64,000 nt of DNA from Candidatus Collierbacteria bacterium (GTDB lineage: Bacteria > Patescibacteriota > Microgenomatia > UBA1400 > MFAQ01). The notes under the pieces were generated by a model. It did not search any database and was not told the DNA's origin. It saw nothing but the letters and a program-made list of their open reading frames with translations. Shown here one piece after another: positions 27,949 to 37,511 of the stretch. Location of the stretch: contig CAISER010000035.1 of NCBI GenBank assembly GCA_903884375.1, forward strand, positions 36-64,035, in the 5' to 3' direction. The translations under genes and the position numbers were made by a program. Each line of letters starts with the position of its first letter. Position 1 is the stretch's first letter.

Positions 27949-30900
27949 ATGTCAAAGTTTACCCACCTACATGTTCATACGGAATTTTCTTTATTGGATG
28001 GGCTATCTAAGATAAGTAAACTTGTTGCCAAGACAAAAGAATATGGTCAAACACATTTAGCCATCACAGACCATGGTGCCATGTATGGGGCAATAGAGTT
28101 TTACAAAAAAACTACAAAGGAAGGAATTATTCCCATTATCGGTTGCGAAGTATATTTGGCAAAAAACTCCCGATTTGATAAAGAAAAACAGGATGCAAAT
28201 CATCTTATTCTATTGTCTGAAAATTTTGAGGGATACCAAAATTTAATGAAGATAGTTACTTTAGGCTTTACAGAAGGGTTCTACTACAAACCTAGAGTTG
28301 ATAAAGAAATACTAAAAAAATTTGCTAAAGGAATTATCTGTACAACAGCTTGTCCCGCAGGTAGAGTACAAAAGCTATTGGTTGAAGAGAACTATGAAGA
28401 AGCCAAAAAAGAACTTCAGGAATACGAAAATATCTTTGGTAGTAAAAATGTATATATCGAACTTCAGAGGCATCATTTCGATCGCTTTGCAATAGCCTCT
28501 TCAGTTCCTTTGGAAATAAAACCCAAGTTATTAGAAATGCATGAAAATCATATCAAAGCAGAAAAAGGCTTAATTAAACTTAGTCGCGAACTCGGGATCC
28601 CACTTATTGCCACCAACGATTCTCATTATATTAATCAAGATGATGCTGCAGCCCAAGATGCCTTGGTTTGTATTCAATCCGGGAAAATGCTTACTGATAT
28701 TAATCGCATTCGTTACATTGACACTCCTGATTTTTATCTTAAATCAACCGATGAAATGGTTAAAGAATTTGAAGATCTTCCGGATGCTATCGATAATACT
28801 CAAAAATTAGCTGATCGTTGCCAAATAGAAATAACAATTGGCCAATGGTATTTCCCAAAAATTAAATTATCTAAAGGCAAAACAGCAGGAGAAACCTTAA
28901 AAGATATGGCATATGCTGGGGCTAAAGAAAAATTTTTGGAAATCACTCCAGAAATAACAGAGCGGTTAAATTATGAACTGGAAACGATTGAAAAGAAAGG
29001 ATATTCGCCATATTTCTTATTAGAATCAGGAATTGTTAATTTTGCTGACGAAGCTGGTATTTATACCAACACTAGAGGTTCTGCCGCCGGATCTCTAGTA
29101 TCATATTGTTGTGGTATCACAACAGTTGACCCCCTTCGTTTCCGTCTTCCGTTCGAACGTTTCTTAAATCCTTTTCGTCCGTCTCCTCCCGATATTGATC
29201 TTGATGTAGCTGATATTCACAGAGATAGTCTAATAGCGTATTTGGCTGATACTTATGGAAAGGAAAAAGTTGGACAAATCTGTACATTTGGAACCATGAA
29301 AGCAAGAGCGGCTGTAAGAGATATCGGTCGTGTTATGGGTATGCCATATTCAAAAGTAGATCTAATTAGTAAAACAATTCCTGAAGGTTCACAAGGTTTT
29401 CCTATGACATTAAAAAAAGCCTTAGAAATCACTCCTGAACTTAATAAAATGAAGGACAATGATTTAGAAGTAGCCAAACTATTGGAGATGGCCCAAAAAG
29501 TCGAAGGTAATGCCAGACACATTTCGGTTCATGCTGCAGCAGTTATCGTTGGTCCTGATGATCTGGTCAAATTTACTCCACTTCAACTAGAAACTGGTGG
29601 GGGAGATCGGGTGATTACTCAGTATGAAATGCATGCCAGTGAAGATATTGGATTAATTAAATTGGATATTTTGGGCATATCAAATCTGACAATACTGGCT
29701 AATGCCGTCAAAATAGTCGAGGCACTTCATAACGTAAAAATAGAAATAAAAAAATTACCTTTAGATGACAAAGAAACTTATGATATGTTAGCTCGTGGTG
29801 AAACTTTTGGTGTTTTTCAAATGGCAGGAGGAGGAATGACAAAGTATTTAATCGATTTACATCCAGAAAGAATAGAAGATCTTATGGCTATGGTTGCCTT
29901 GTATCGTCCTGGTCCAATGGCTTCGATTCCGGAATATATTTCAAGGAAAAGAGATCCTAAACAAATCAAGTACTATGTGCCGGGATTGGAAAAAATACTT
30001 GATATGTCTTATGGCATCATTACTTATCAAGATGATGTTTTGTTTATGGCCATCGACCTTGCTGGATACAACTGGGAAGAGGCCGATAAGTTCAGAAGAG
30101 CCATCGGTAAAAAAATTCCAGAAGAGATGGAAAAACAGCATTCAAAATTCGTTGATGGCTGTGTTGAGTTTGGTCATATTCCAAGAGACAAAGCAGAAGA
30201 ATTGTTTAAACAAATTGAAACTTTTGCTGCTTATGGGTTTAACAAAGCCCATGCTGCATCATATGGCATTGTTTCATACTGGACGGCATACGTAAAAGCT
30301 CATTATCCGGTTGAATACATGACAGCCCTGATGTCCGTAGAAGCAGCCGATACTGATAAAATTGTGACAGCAATAGGGGAGTGCGAAAAACTGGGTATTA
30401 GAGTATTGTCTCCTGATATCAATGAATCCCGTACCGATTTTACAGTTGTTGATTTGGTCAAAGATCAATGGTTAACTGAAGGCCGAGCAAAAGAGACGGG
30501 TAAGGCCATACGATTTGGGTTATCAGCTATAAAAAACGTTGGTGAATCCGCAATTACAGCGATACTGGCTGCACGTAAACAAGGAGACTTTAAATCGTTT
30601 ACCGATTTTTTACGACGAGTAGACCTATCAAAAGTAAACAAGAAAGTCGTTGAATCGTTAATCAAAGCAGGAGCACTAGACCGCTGGGGAAATAGAGCAC
30701 AACTTCTATTATCGCTTCCTATCATTCGAGACAACACGGTAAAACTGCAAAAAGGAAAAGATTCAAGCCAGGTTGGTTTGTTTTCTTCCGTATCTCATTC
30801 AGAAGATTCAACCGACCATCTTCCGGATATTCCTGAAATGCCTTTAGATGACAAACTTAAACTTGAAAAGGAATTATTAGGATTTTATTTAACAGACCAT

Positions 30901-31452
30901 CCTGTAAAAAAAATAGTTCGAATTGTAGCTAATCAAATAAGTCATAAAATAAACCAACTTGATCCAACACTTCATTTAAATCAAATGGTTACGATTGCCG
31001 GTGTAGTATCGCGAGTAAGACTAGTAAATACCAAAAAAAATAATTCCAAAATGGCCTTTATTACCCTAGAGGACGATACCATGCAAATAGACTGTGTCGT
31101 TTTCCCCAAACTTTACGCAGAAAACCCCATTTTTTACACCGAAGATACCGCTTTAATAATAAAAGGAAAAGTTGATAACCGTGATGACAAATTACAAATT
31201 GTTGTTGAGTCTGTCTTTCCCATTGATACTAAACAAACTCCGCAAGATATGGTTCACGAAATCTTTGTAAAGAATGGCACTCCAAAAGATCGTCTGGAAA
31301 AAGTCAGCAATCTTCTCAAGACCCACAAAGGTGACCATGAGATAGTTATCGCGATTGAATCTGGTAATAATTTAAAGAAGATTAAATTACCCTATAAGGT
31401 TGATTTTACGCCAGAACTTGAAAAAGAGGTGGAAAAATCACTCCAAGGCTGA
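27949..31452 (+). CDS. dnaE: DNA polymerase III alpha subunit (ORF open from 27898; the Met at 27949 matches the usual DnaE start).
   Basis: PHP domain HLHVHTEFSLLDG. Polymerase core motifs. C-terminal OB-fold region. 1167-1184 aa. Confidence 0.9.
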   Translation: MSKFTHLHVHTEFSLLDGLSKISKLVAKTKEYGQTHLAITDHGAMYGAIEFYKKTTKEGIIPIIGCEVYLAKNSRFDKEKQDANHLILLSENFEGYQNLMKIVTLGFTEGFYYKPRVDKEILKKFAKGIICTTACPAGRVQKLLVEENYEEAKKELQEYENIFGSKNVYIELQRHHFDRFAIASSVPLEIKPKLLEMHENHIKAEKGLIKLSRELGIPLIATNDSHYINQDDAAAQDALVCIQSGKMLTDINRIRYIDTPDFYLKSTDEMVKEFEDLPDAIDNTQKLADRCQIEITIGQWYFPKIKLSKGKTAGETLKDMAYAGAKEKFLEITPEITERLNYELETIEKKGYSPYFLLESGIVNFADEAGIYTNTRGSAAGSLVSYCCGITTVDPLRFRLPFERFLNPFRPSPPDIDLDVADIHRDSLIAYLADTYGKEKVGQICTFGTMKARAAVRDIGRVMGMPYSKVDLISKTIPEGSQGFPMTLKKALEITPELNKMKDNDLEVAKLLEMAQKVEGNARHISVHAAAVIVGPDDLVKFTPLQLETGGGDRVITQYEMHASEDIGLIKLDILGISNLTILANAVKIVEALHNVKIEIKKLPLDDKETYDMLARGETFGVFQMAGGGMTKYLIDLHPERIEDLMAMVALYRPGPMASIPEYISRKRDPKQIKYYVPGLEKILDMSYGIITYQDDVLFMAIDLAGYNWEEADKFRRAIGKKIPEEMEKQHSKFVDGCVEFGHIPRDKAEELFKQIETFAAYGFNKAHAASYGIVSYWTAYVKAHYPVEYMTALMSVEAADTDKIVTAIGECEKLGIRVLSPDINESRTDFTVVDLVKDQWLTEGRAKETGKAIRFGLSAIKNVGESAITAILAARKQGDFKSFTDFLRRVDLSKVNKKVVESLIKAGALDRWGNRAQLLLSLPIIRDNTVKLQKGKDSSQVGLFSSVSHSEDSTDHLPDIPEMPLDDKLKLEKELLGFYLTDHPVKKIVRIVANQISHKINQLDPTLHLNQMVTIAGVVSRVRLVNTKKNNSKMAFITLEDDTMQIDCVVFPKLYAENPIFYTEDTALIIKGKVDNRDDKLQIVVESVFPIDTKQTPQDMVHEIFVKNGTPKDRLEKVSNLLKTHKGDHEIVIAIESGNNLKKIKLPYKVDFTPELEKEVEKSLQG

Positions 31453-31585
31453 TAAAATTACGCTTACTTGAACGAAGGCGCTATAATCAAGCATCGTAGT
31501 TAAGCGTCAGAATATATGTACACATATAATCAAGACCTAATAAATATCAGGTAGCGTACTACGAGCGATTATAAGAGGAAACGCA

Positions 31586-31623
31586 GGAATTTTAGAAATG
31601 TAATGAAATTACACTAAAATTCC
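31586..31623 (+). promoter_or_regulatory. Long stem-loop in the rplS leader (10 bp + AAA bulge + 6 bp, GAA loop).
   Basis: GGAATTTTAG pairs with CTAAAATTCC and TGTAAT with ATTACA. It lies 40 nt upstream of the rplS ATG. No U-tract follows, so it is not a terminator. Confidence 0.35.
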
Positions 31624-31663
31624 GAGTAAGCTCTTATGAATATAAATAATTAAACCAAATAAA

Positions 31664-32179
31664 ATGGCAAATCAAATCAAATGGCAAGATAAAATCGAGT
31701 TTGGAGTTGGCGATACCATCAAGGTATCTCAGACTATCAAAGAGGGTGATAAAACCCGTACTCAAGCTTTTCAAGGAATCGTTATTGCGATTAGAGGTAA
31801 CGGCCAAGGAAAGAGTTATATTGTGCGTAAAATTGCCGTTGGAGGGGTTGGTGTTGAGAAAATTTATCCTATAAATACTCCTACCGTAACAGGTATCGAA
31901 ATTGTCAAAAAAGGTAAGGTTAGAAGAGCTAAGTTATATTATCTTAGAAACTTACTTGGTAAAAAAGCAACCAAAATTAAAGATGTCTTTGTTCGTAAAG
32001 GTCAATCAGCTTCAATAGAAGTTCCTCTAGATAACTCAAAAACTGAAATGAAAGAAGAAAATGTTCGACCGGAACCAATCAAGGTTAAAAATGCGCCTAA
32101 AGTGGAAGTAGTAAAAGAAAAAAAGGTCAAAAAGGGACCCAAAAAGATTGTTCGCAAAGAACGTCAATTTGTTCGCTAA
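31664..32179 (+). CDS. rplS: 50S ribosomal protein L19 with a ~55-aa Lys-rich C-terminal extension.
   Basis: KVSQTIKEGDKTRTQAFQGIVIAIRG...GVEKIYPINTPTVTGIEIVKKGKVRRAKLYYLR is canonical L19. The tail is KKATKIK...KKVKKGPKKIVRK. Confidence 0.9.
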   Translation: MANQIKWQDKIEFGVGDTIKVSQTIKEGDKTRTQAFQGIVIAIRGNGQGKSYIVRKIAVGGVGVEKIYPINTPTVTGIEIVKKGKVRRAKLYYLRNLLGKKATKIKDVFVRKGQSASIEVPLDNSKTEMKEENVRPEPIKVKNAPKVEVVKEKKVKKGPKKIVRKERQFVR

Positions 32180-32190
32180 GCTAAGAAAAC

Positions 32191-32616
32191 CTAAAGGAAT
32201 CTTTTCCCAAGTAAATAACCGGCTCCGGCAACAATCATCGTTACGATTGAACCCCAAACAATATCTATTACAGCAATAAACCATGGCCATTCTTTAACAG
32301 TAGCCCAGTTTGTTAAATCATAAGTCGCATAACAAAAAACACCAAATAGAGCACCAAGCAACAAAGCTTTGTTTAATGAGCCCTCTTTTAGTGAAGGTAT
32401 TATGGCAAAAATAAGAATTCCGATCACGTATCCCAAATAAAATAATCCAGCAGCAAATAAATTTGGTTTTGGAGACATCAAATAACCCAAATGCTTAGCG
32501 TAAAAACTTTTGGCAATTACCATAAGCCAAAAACCATCAACCAATAAATATACCGGTAAAGTCAGAAAATATAACTTAATCAATTGAAAAGTATTTAACA
32601 TAAGTACACTATACAA
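32191..32616 (-). CDS. Small polytopic membrane protein (4 TM), hypothetical.
   Basis: Hydrophobicity pattern only. Confidence 0.45.
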   Translation of the reverse strand: MYSVLMLNTFQLIKLYFLTLPVYLLVDGFWLMVIAKSFYAKHLGYLMSPKPNLFAAGLFYLGYVIGILIFAIIPSLKEGSLNKALLLGALFGVFCYATYDLTNWATVKEWPWFIAVIDIVWGSIVTMIVAGAGYLLGKRFL

Positions 32617-32631
32617 GAAATAATAATATTT

Positions 32632-32660
32632 AAAAAAAGACCCGCATTTTATTGCGGGTC
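32632..32660 (-). terminator. Rho-independent terminator for the 32687-34594 gene.
   Basis: GACCCGCA-TTTTAT-TGCGGGTC hairpin. The plus-strand A7 run reads as T7 after the hairpin on the minus strand. Confidence 0.6.
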
Positions 32661-32686
32661 AATCAAACTATTTAACTACGGGAAAC

Positions 32687-34594
32687 TTATTTAACAGGTA
32701 ACGGACCAATAACCCCAGTTTTGACGATATTCATCCAAACTTCAGGGGTCGGTTCCAACCATTTCTGTGCAGCTGCCCAGCCTTCATTTGTATCCGGGAA
32801 GTATCCAGCAGATACTAACCAGGCAATTACATCCCAATCGCTAATATTCAATAGTGTCGGTAAAAGCATAATACCGTCTTTTTGAACAAACCAAGGTCCA
32901 TAGGTTAACGAACAGGGAACGTATTTATCGACCTGATTATTCTTACCCCAATCAATTAACGGCGTTTCATCCATTTCATAAAACTTTAAGAAATTATGGG
33001 TTAGTTCACGCGGTAATATGATTCGGTAGTAAGTTTTATCAAGTCCCTCAAAGGGTTGGGCTAAAATAAAGACGCCTTTAATGTTGTGTTTGCTCTGAGC
33101 AATAACCACATACGGAACACCTGCGTCCTTCAAAGTATTTTCGGATACCGATACTAGAGCCATAAATGGTTGGTCTCTAAAGGCAAAAGTATATGAGCCA
33201 GTAACAACATAGCCATAATTCTTGCCTTCAAAGCACGGAACGCAATCTTGAGATCCCATTGCCCAAACAATGTTGTGTTCCTTCAAGGGTATCTCGTCAA
33301 TGTGAGGACCACACAAAGGACATTCTTTTATCTTTGGATTAACATAACAGTTATCAAGTTTATTAATTACACCGCTTTTCTCTGATTTGCCATCGCTAAA
33401 CAAATAACCAGAATCAGCAACTGCAGTGTAATAATAAGGGGTATTATTGTTATCCAGTGTTATGGTTTGGGTGCCGTGAATTTCTTGACCGTTGATAAAA
33501 ACTGTTGCGTGAGGACTGGTAATAGACACATCCATCCAAGAACCTATTTTTATGGTTCCACAGGATACTTGAACATTTGTTGATGCCACATTACTCACAC
33601 AAGAAGTATCTTCAACAATCTTTTTAGAAAATGTATTTTTGTATCCGTCAGGCCAAGTTACCTCGTATGAAACGGTAAAGTCTTCTTGAACAAACGGCAT
33701 AGTCCATACACCAGACTCGGCAGTTAAAGGCACAGCAACCCCACCTTCAGAAGGTGTGATTTCGCTTGACCATTTATTACAGTCACTTTTTGACGAAATA
33801 GGGGCAAGGTGCTCGAGAACTACCAGACATTCATTTGGTTCAGAAAAAGAATTGTATGGAAGAGTAATCGATAAGGGAATACCGGAAGACCAAGTTACAA
33901 CCACATTACCGGCAGAAATAGGTCCTTCTGTTTTGTATGGGTCAAGCCAAAGCCCGGAAATATTTCCTGAAATTACTCCACCAGCACTGGTATTTGCAGA
34001 TATATTGTAACCATCGCAATTGTTAATATTTGTTAGGGTTGCTGAATTGGTAATCACTGGAGGATTACATTTTCCAATGCTGTCATTCTCATGTCCAGCT
34101 TGGGTTGTGCCATTTTCATAAAAGTGTCCAAGTGCAGCATTGATCGAAACCGTCTGCTCAATGTAGTTTGCTGGATCATCAGCTCTACCGGCAACGTGAC
34201 AAATTGTTATTTTGCACTCGCCAGAACGATGTTCCGACCAGTTTTCAAACTCTGAATGGGTGTAGGACGTTTGGGTCCAATGATCACCCCAGTCTGAGCT
34301 TGTAAACTTTGTCCAAACGACGGTAACAGTACCATTCATTTCTGTTTGGAGAACTCCCCAATCAAAAACACCAACTCCTGTAATGTTTGTTGGACGCCAT
34401 TGAATGAGAGACGGTCCGCTATTATCTTCGTTATAAATATTAGGAACTGCCGTGACAGTAACCTTCTCGCAGTTTGAATTATCAGAGGCATTTACATCAA
34501 AAGGATTCCAAGTAGCCGATACATTGTTCGTCGGTACGAGGATAAATGCCAAGGTAGCCAAAATAAGGCTAATGGAAAAAACGATTCTTTTCAT
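32687..34594 (-). CDS. Large (635 aa) secreted Cys-rich hypothetical protein.
   Basis: Signal peptide MKRIVFSISLILATLAFILVPTNNVSA. Many Cys residues. No catalytic motif recognised. Confidence 0.5.
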   Translation of the reverse strand: MKRIVFSISLILATLAFILVPTNNVSATWNPFDVNASDNSNCEKVTVTAVPNIYNEDNSGPSLIQWRPTNITGVGVFDWGVLQTEMNGTVTVVWTKFTSSDWGDHWTQTSYTHSEFENWSEHRSGECKITICHVAGRADDPANYIEQTVSINAALGHFYENGTTQAGHENDSIGKCNPPVITNSATLTNINNCDGYNISANTSAGGVISGNISGLWLDPYKTEGPISAGNVVVTWSSGIPLSITLPYNSFSEPNECLVVLEHLAPISSKSDCNKWSSEITPSEGGVAVPLTAESGVWTMPFVQEDFTVSYEVTWPDGYKNTFSKKIVEDTSCVSNVASTNVQVSCGTIKIGSWMDVSITSPHATVFINGQEIHGTQTITLDNNNTPYYYTAVADSGYLFSDGKSEKSGVINKLDNCYVNPKIKECPLCGPHIDEIPLKEHNIVWAMGSQDCVPCFEGKNYGYVVTGSYTFAFRDQPFMALVSVSENTLKDAGVPYVVIAQSKHNIKGVFILAQPFEGLDKTYYRIILPRELTHNFLKFYEMDETPLIDWGKNNQVDKYVPCSLTYGPWFVQKDGIMLLPTLLNISDWDVIAWLVSAGYFPDTNEGWAAAQKWLEPTPEVWMNIVKTGVIGPLPVK

Positions 34595-35087
34595 CGAAAC
34601 CTCCTCAGGTTTAGAACAAAAACTAGACTTTTGTAGTTAAAACCAACATTACATTACGCACATAAAAATATTAATCAGGCACCACCTCCTCTATTTAAAA
34701 AAATGGAATTTATACATAATTTATTTCCCGTTGTTAAAGAACAGTTCGGGTAAATAAACTATTTTTTTACTCCACCCGAACCAATTACTTCGGGTGGATT
34801 CGCTGTTAACTCCGCATAGCCATAAGCGACCAATATTTAGGCTATGTTTCATAGTTTCACGTAGTATGGAGCCATTATATTAAATGATATAAGATATGTC
34901 AATAGAACAAAATAAAAAGACAGGATATGTCAATATATTCAATACTATTCAGCTGTGCACTTATCCTGTAAATTTACGATAGTAATAACCTAAAAGAACT
35001 CTTATCGGCCACAATAAGAATATAATTCCCATTTAATTAAATCAATCAATACAAAAAATCCCCCGACAAGCGAGAGATCTTTCATTG

Positions 35088-35161
35088 TGATCCCGGCGGG
35101 AATCGAACCCGCGATATTCAGGATGAAAACCTGACGTCCTAGGCCGCTAGACGACGGGACC
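35088..35161 (-). tRNA. tRNA-Glu (anticodon TTC).
   Basis: Reverse complement folds as GGTCCCG-TC-GTCT-AGCGGCCTA-GGAC-G-TCAGG-TTTTCAT-CCTGA-ATATC-GCGGG-TTCGATT-CCCGC-CGGGATC-A. Confidence 0.9.
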
Positions 35162-35177
35162 AAATATATTAATTAAT

Positions 35178-35268
35178 GGACTCGAAGTCTTCGGTAACTT
35201 CTGCTGAAGTTCCTCAGACCGCGACTCGGCAAAATCGTTACGAGTTTGCCTCCGTCAGGTTCGAGTCT
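35178..35268. other. Unassigned ~90-nt structured element between tRNA-Glu and tRNA-Lys (terminal 9-bp helix enclosing three hairpins).
   Basis: GGACTCGAA (35178-35186) pairs with TTCGAGTCT (35260-35268). Internal hairpins are AACTTC-TGCT-GAAGTT and GGCAAA-(12 nt)-TTTGCC. It does not fold as a canonical tRNA on either strand. Confidence 0.2.
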
Positions 35269-35318
35269 ATGTCAATCAACTTTTATTAATTCTGCCACAA
35301 GGACAGATTTAATAAATG

Positions 35319-35392
35319 TGGGTCAGCCGGGACTCGAACCCGGGACACCCTGCTTAAAAGGCAGGTGCTCTAACCGACTGAGCTACTGACCC
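35319..35392 (-). tRNA. tRNA-Lys (anticodon TTT).
   Basis: Reverse complement folds as GGGTCAG-TA-GCTC-AGTCGGTTA-GAGC-A-CCTGC-CTTTTAA-GCAGG-GTGTC-CCGGG-TTCGAGT-CCCGG-CTGACCC-A. Confidence 0.9.
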
Positions 35393-35465
35393 ATTGAACG
35401 CAACCAACGCACTATTTTACCATAATTAGTCTCAAAATAATAAAAAAATGAGCTAAGATAAAACA

Positions 35466-35957
35466 ATGAAAGTCTTAGGAATTGATCCTGGAACAGGCCG
35501 TGTTGGTTGGGCTATAGTTGAACACGATAAAGGCAATGATTCATTGATTAAATGTGGTTGTTTTGAGACAAAATCAAAATCTGAACTTCCCGGAAGGCTT
35601 CAAAAAATATATCTTTATATTCAAGAAATAATTACAAAATTTAAGCCTGATGTTTTTGTAGTCGAATCGCTTTTTTTCTCAACTAATGCAAAAACTGCAT
35701 TTGATGTTGGAGCTGCTAGAGGAGTAATTCTACTAGCGGGAGAGGAAGCAAAGATACCTATTTTTCAATACACTCCACTTCAAGTTAAATCATCTCTTGT
35801 TGGCTATGGTCAAGCCGATAAAAAACAGGTTCAATTCATGGTTACAAAAATTCTTCATCTTAAAGAAATTCCCAAGCCGGATGATGCAGCCGATGCAATT
35901 GCCATTGCTCTCACTCACATGTTCCATCACCCAAACCCATTAAAAGCACGAAACTAG
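35466..35957 (+). CDS. ruvC: Holliday junction resolvase.
   Basis: MKVLGIDPGTGRVGWAIVE N-terminus and RNase H-like fold motifs (DAADAIAIALTH). Confidence 0.9.
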   Translation: MKVLGIDPGTGRVGWAIVEHDKGNDSLIKCGCFETKSKSELPGRLQKIYLYIQEIITKFKPDVFVVESLFFSTNAKTAFDVGAARGVILLAGEEAKIPIFQYTPLQVKSSLVGYGQADKKQVQFMVTKILHLKEIPKPDDAADAIAIALTHMFHHPNPLKARN

Positions 35958-35975
35958 CCATGCTATACTGGCTAT

Positions 35976-36536
35976 ATGATAGGCTTCTTGGAAGGTCAGG
36001 TAAAATTCGCAACTATAGGTAAAATTATTCTATTTGCCAATGGTATTGGTTTTACTGTTAATATTCCGGGAAATATTAATTTTTTGGAAAATCAAAAAAC
36101 TTCTTTATATATTCATACCCACATTAGAGAAGACAATTTGGCTTTATATGGTTTTAATTCTGCTAAAGACCTTGAAATATTCGAGTTATTACTTACTGTA
36201 TCTGGAGTCGGTCCAAAAATTGCCTTAACGATGCTCACCTCATCGACTGAAAAAAATATTAAAAATGCTATCGTCGAAAGCAATCTTGCCTTTTTTTCTT
36301 CGATTTCTGGAGTAGGTAAAAAAACAGCTCAAAAAATCATACTTGACCTAAAATCAAAGCTTGGTAAAGGTGACGTCAACATGGGGAATCTGGAAGGTAA
36401 TTCTGAGCTTATTGATTCATTAATTAGTCTTGGATTTCAAAAGGGGGAAATTTCCTCTATCTATTCTAAAATAGATAATTCTCTTTCTTTGGGAGCTCAA
36501 GTTAAAGAAGCGCTAAAATTATTAAAGAATGACTAA
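35976..36536 (+). CDS. ruvA: Holliday junction DNA helicase subunit RuvA.
   Basis: Two HhH motifs (GVGPKIALTML and GVGKKTAQKIILDLK). Sits in a ruvC-ruvA-ruvB arrangement. Confidence 0.85.
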   Translation: MIGFLEGQVKFATIGKIILFANGIGFTVNIPGNINFLENQKTSLYIHTHIREDNLALYGFNSAKDLEIFELLLTVSGVGPKIALTMLTSSTEKNIKNAIVESNLAFFSSISGVGKKTAQKIILDLKSKLGKGDVNMGNLEGNSELIDSLISLGFQKGEISSIYSKIDNSLSLGAQVKEALKLLKND

Positions 36537-37494
36537 TCAGGCGGAAATAATAAATATTCGTCCATCACACTGGGCAGATTTTACCGGTCAGCCACAAGTA
36601 GTTAAATCTCTTCAAATTGCTATACAAGCTGCAAAATCTCGGAAGGAACCGATGGAACATACTCTATTATATGGTCCTCCTGGTCTTGGGAAAACAACAC
36701 TGGCACATATCATTGCCAATGAAATGGGAGTTAATCTCAAAATCACATCAGGTCCTGCTCTAACTAGAGCCGGAGATCTTGCCTCAATACTAACTGCGTT
36801 AGAGCCAGGAGATGTATTATTTATTGATGAAATTCATAGACTTAATAAAACTGTCGAAGAAGCCCTCTATCCGGCCATGGAAGACTTTGCAATCGATATA
36901 ATTCTTGGAAAAGGACCAGCAGCAAAAAACTTAAGGCTGGATTTAAATCCATTCACACTAATAGGAGCCACAACCCAAGCAGGGAAAATTAGCTCTCCCC
37001 TAAGGGATCGTTTTGGTATTGTTCACCGATTACGTTTTTATGAACCAACAGAACTTCAAGGAATTATTCTTAAAACTGCCAAAAAATTAAAACTTAAACT
37101 AGATGATGATTCAGCCTTGGAAATTGCTAAACGTTCTCGGGGGACTGCTCGTATCGCTCTAAAATTATTAAGAAGAGTTAGAGATTTTAATTTAGTAGAA
37201 CATGACTCCAAATCAAACTTGGATATCACCCAAAAATCTCTTGCGTTTTATGAAGTTGATAATGAGGGTCTTGATGAAACAGACAGAAGATTGTTGACTG
37301 CCATAATCGACCTTCATGCCGGTGGACCTGTGGGACTTGAAACATTGGCAGCACTAATTTCCGAATCTGTAGAAACAATCACGGATCTATACGAACCGTA
37401 TCTCTTACAGTCAGGTTTTCTCTCAAAAACATCACGCGGCAGAGTAGCCACAGACAAAGCTTATTCACATCTAGGAAAAACAAAAATGGATTAA
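36529..37494 (+). CDS. ruvB: Holliday junction DNA helicase subunit RuvB.
   Basis: AAA+ Walker A GPPGLGKTTLAHIIANEMG. Walker B DVLFIDEIHRL. RuvB C-terminal winged helix. Confidence 0.9.
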   Translation: MTNQAEIINIRPSHWADFTGQPQVVKSLQIAIQAAKSRKEPMEHTLLYGPPGLGKTTLAHIIANEMGVNLKITSGPALTRAGDLASILTALEPGDVLFIDEIHRLNKTVEEALYPAMEDFAIDIILGKGPAAKNLRLDLNPFTLIGATTQAGKISSPLRDRFGIVHRLRFYEPTELQGIILKTAKKLKLKLDDDSALEIAKRSRGTARIALKLLRRVRDFNLVEHDSKSNLDITQKSLAFYEVDNEGLDETDRRLLTAIIDLHAGGPVGLETLAALISESVETITDLYEPYLLQSGFLSKTSRGRVATDKAYSHLGKTKMD

Positions 37495-37511
37495 CTATCT
37501 ATAATATCTTT

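Noticed and set aside
34773-34798. 9-bp-stem hairpin CCACCCGAA-N8-TTCGGGTGG, considered as a terminator.
   Set aside because: The T-run precedes rather than follows the hairpin on the plus strand, and the minus-strand side is A-rich. It is therefore not a canonical intrinsic terminator for either strand.
35178-35268. Considered calling the inter-tRNA element a small SRP RNA (ffs). The minus strand carries an AGCAG string after a short GAG/UUC stem, similar to the conserved helix-8 motif.
   Set aside because: There is no GGAA/GNRA tetraloop, and the flanking bases do not form the expected long helix 5/8. The call cannot be supported by eye, so the element is left unassigned.
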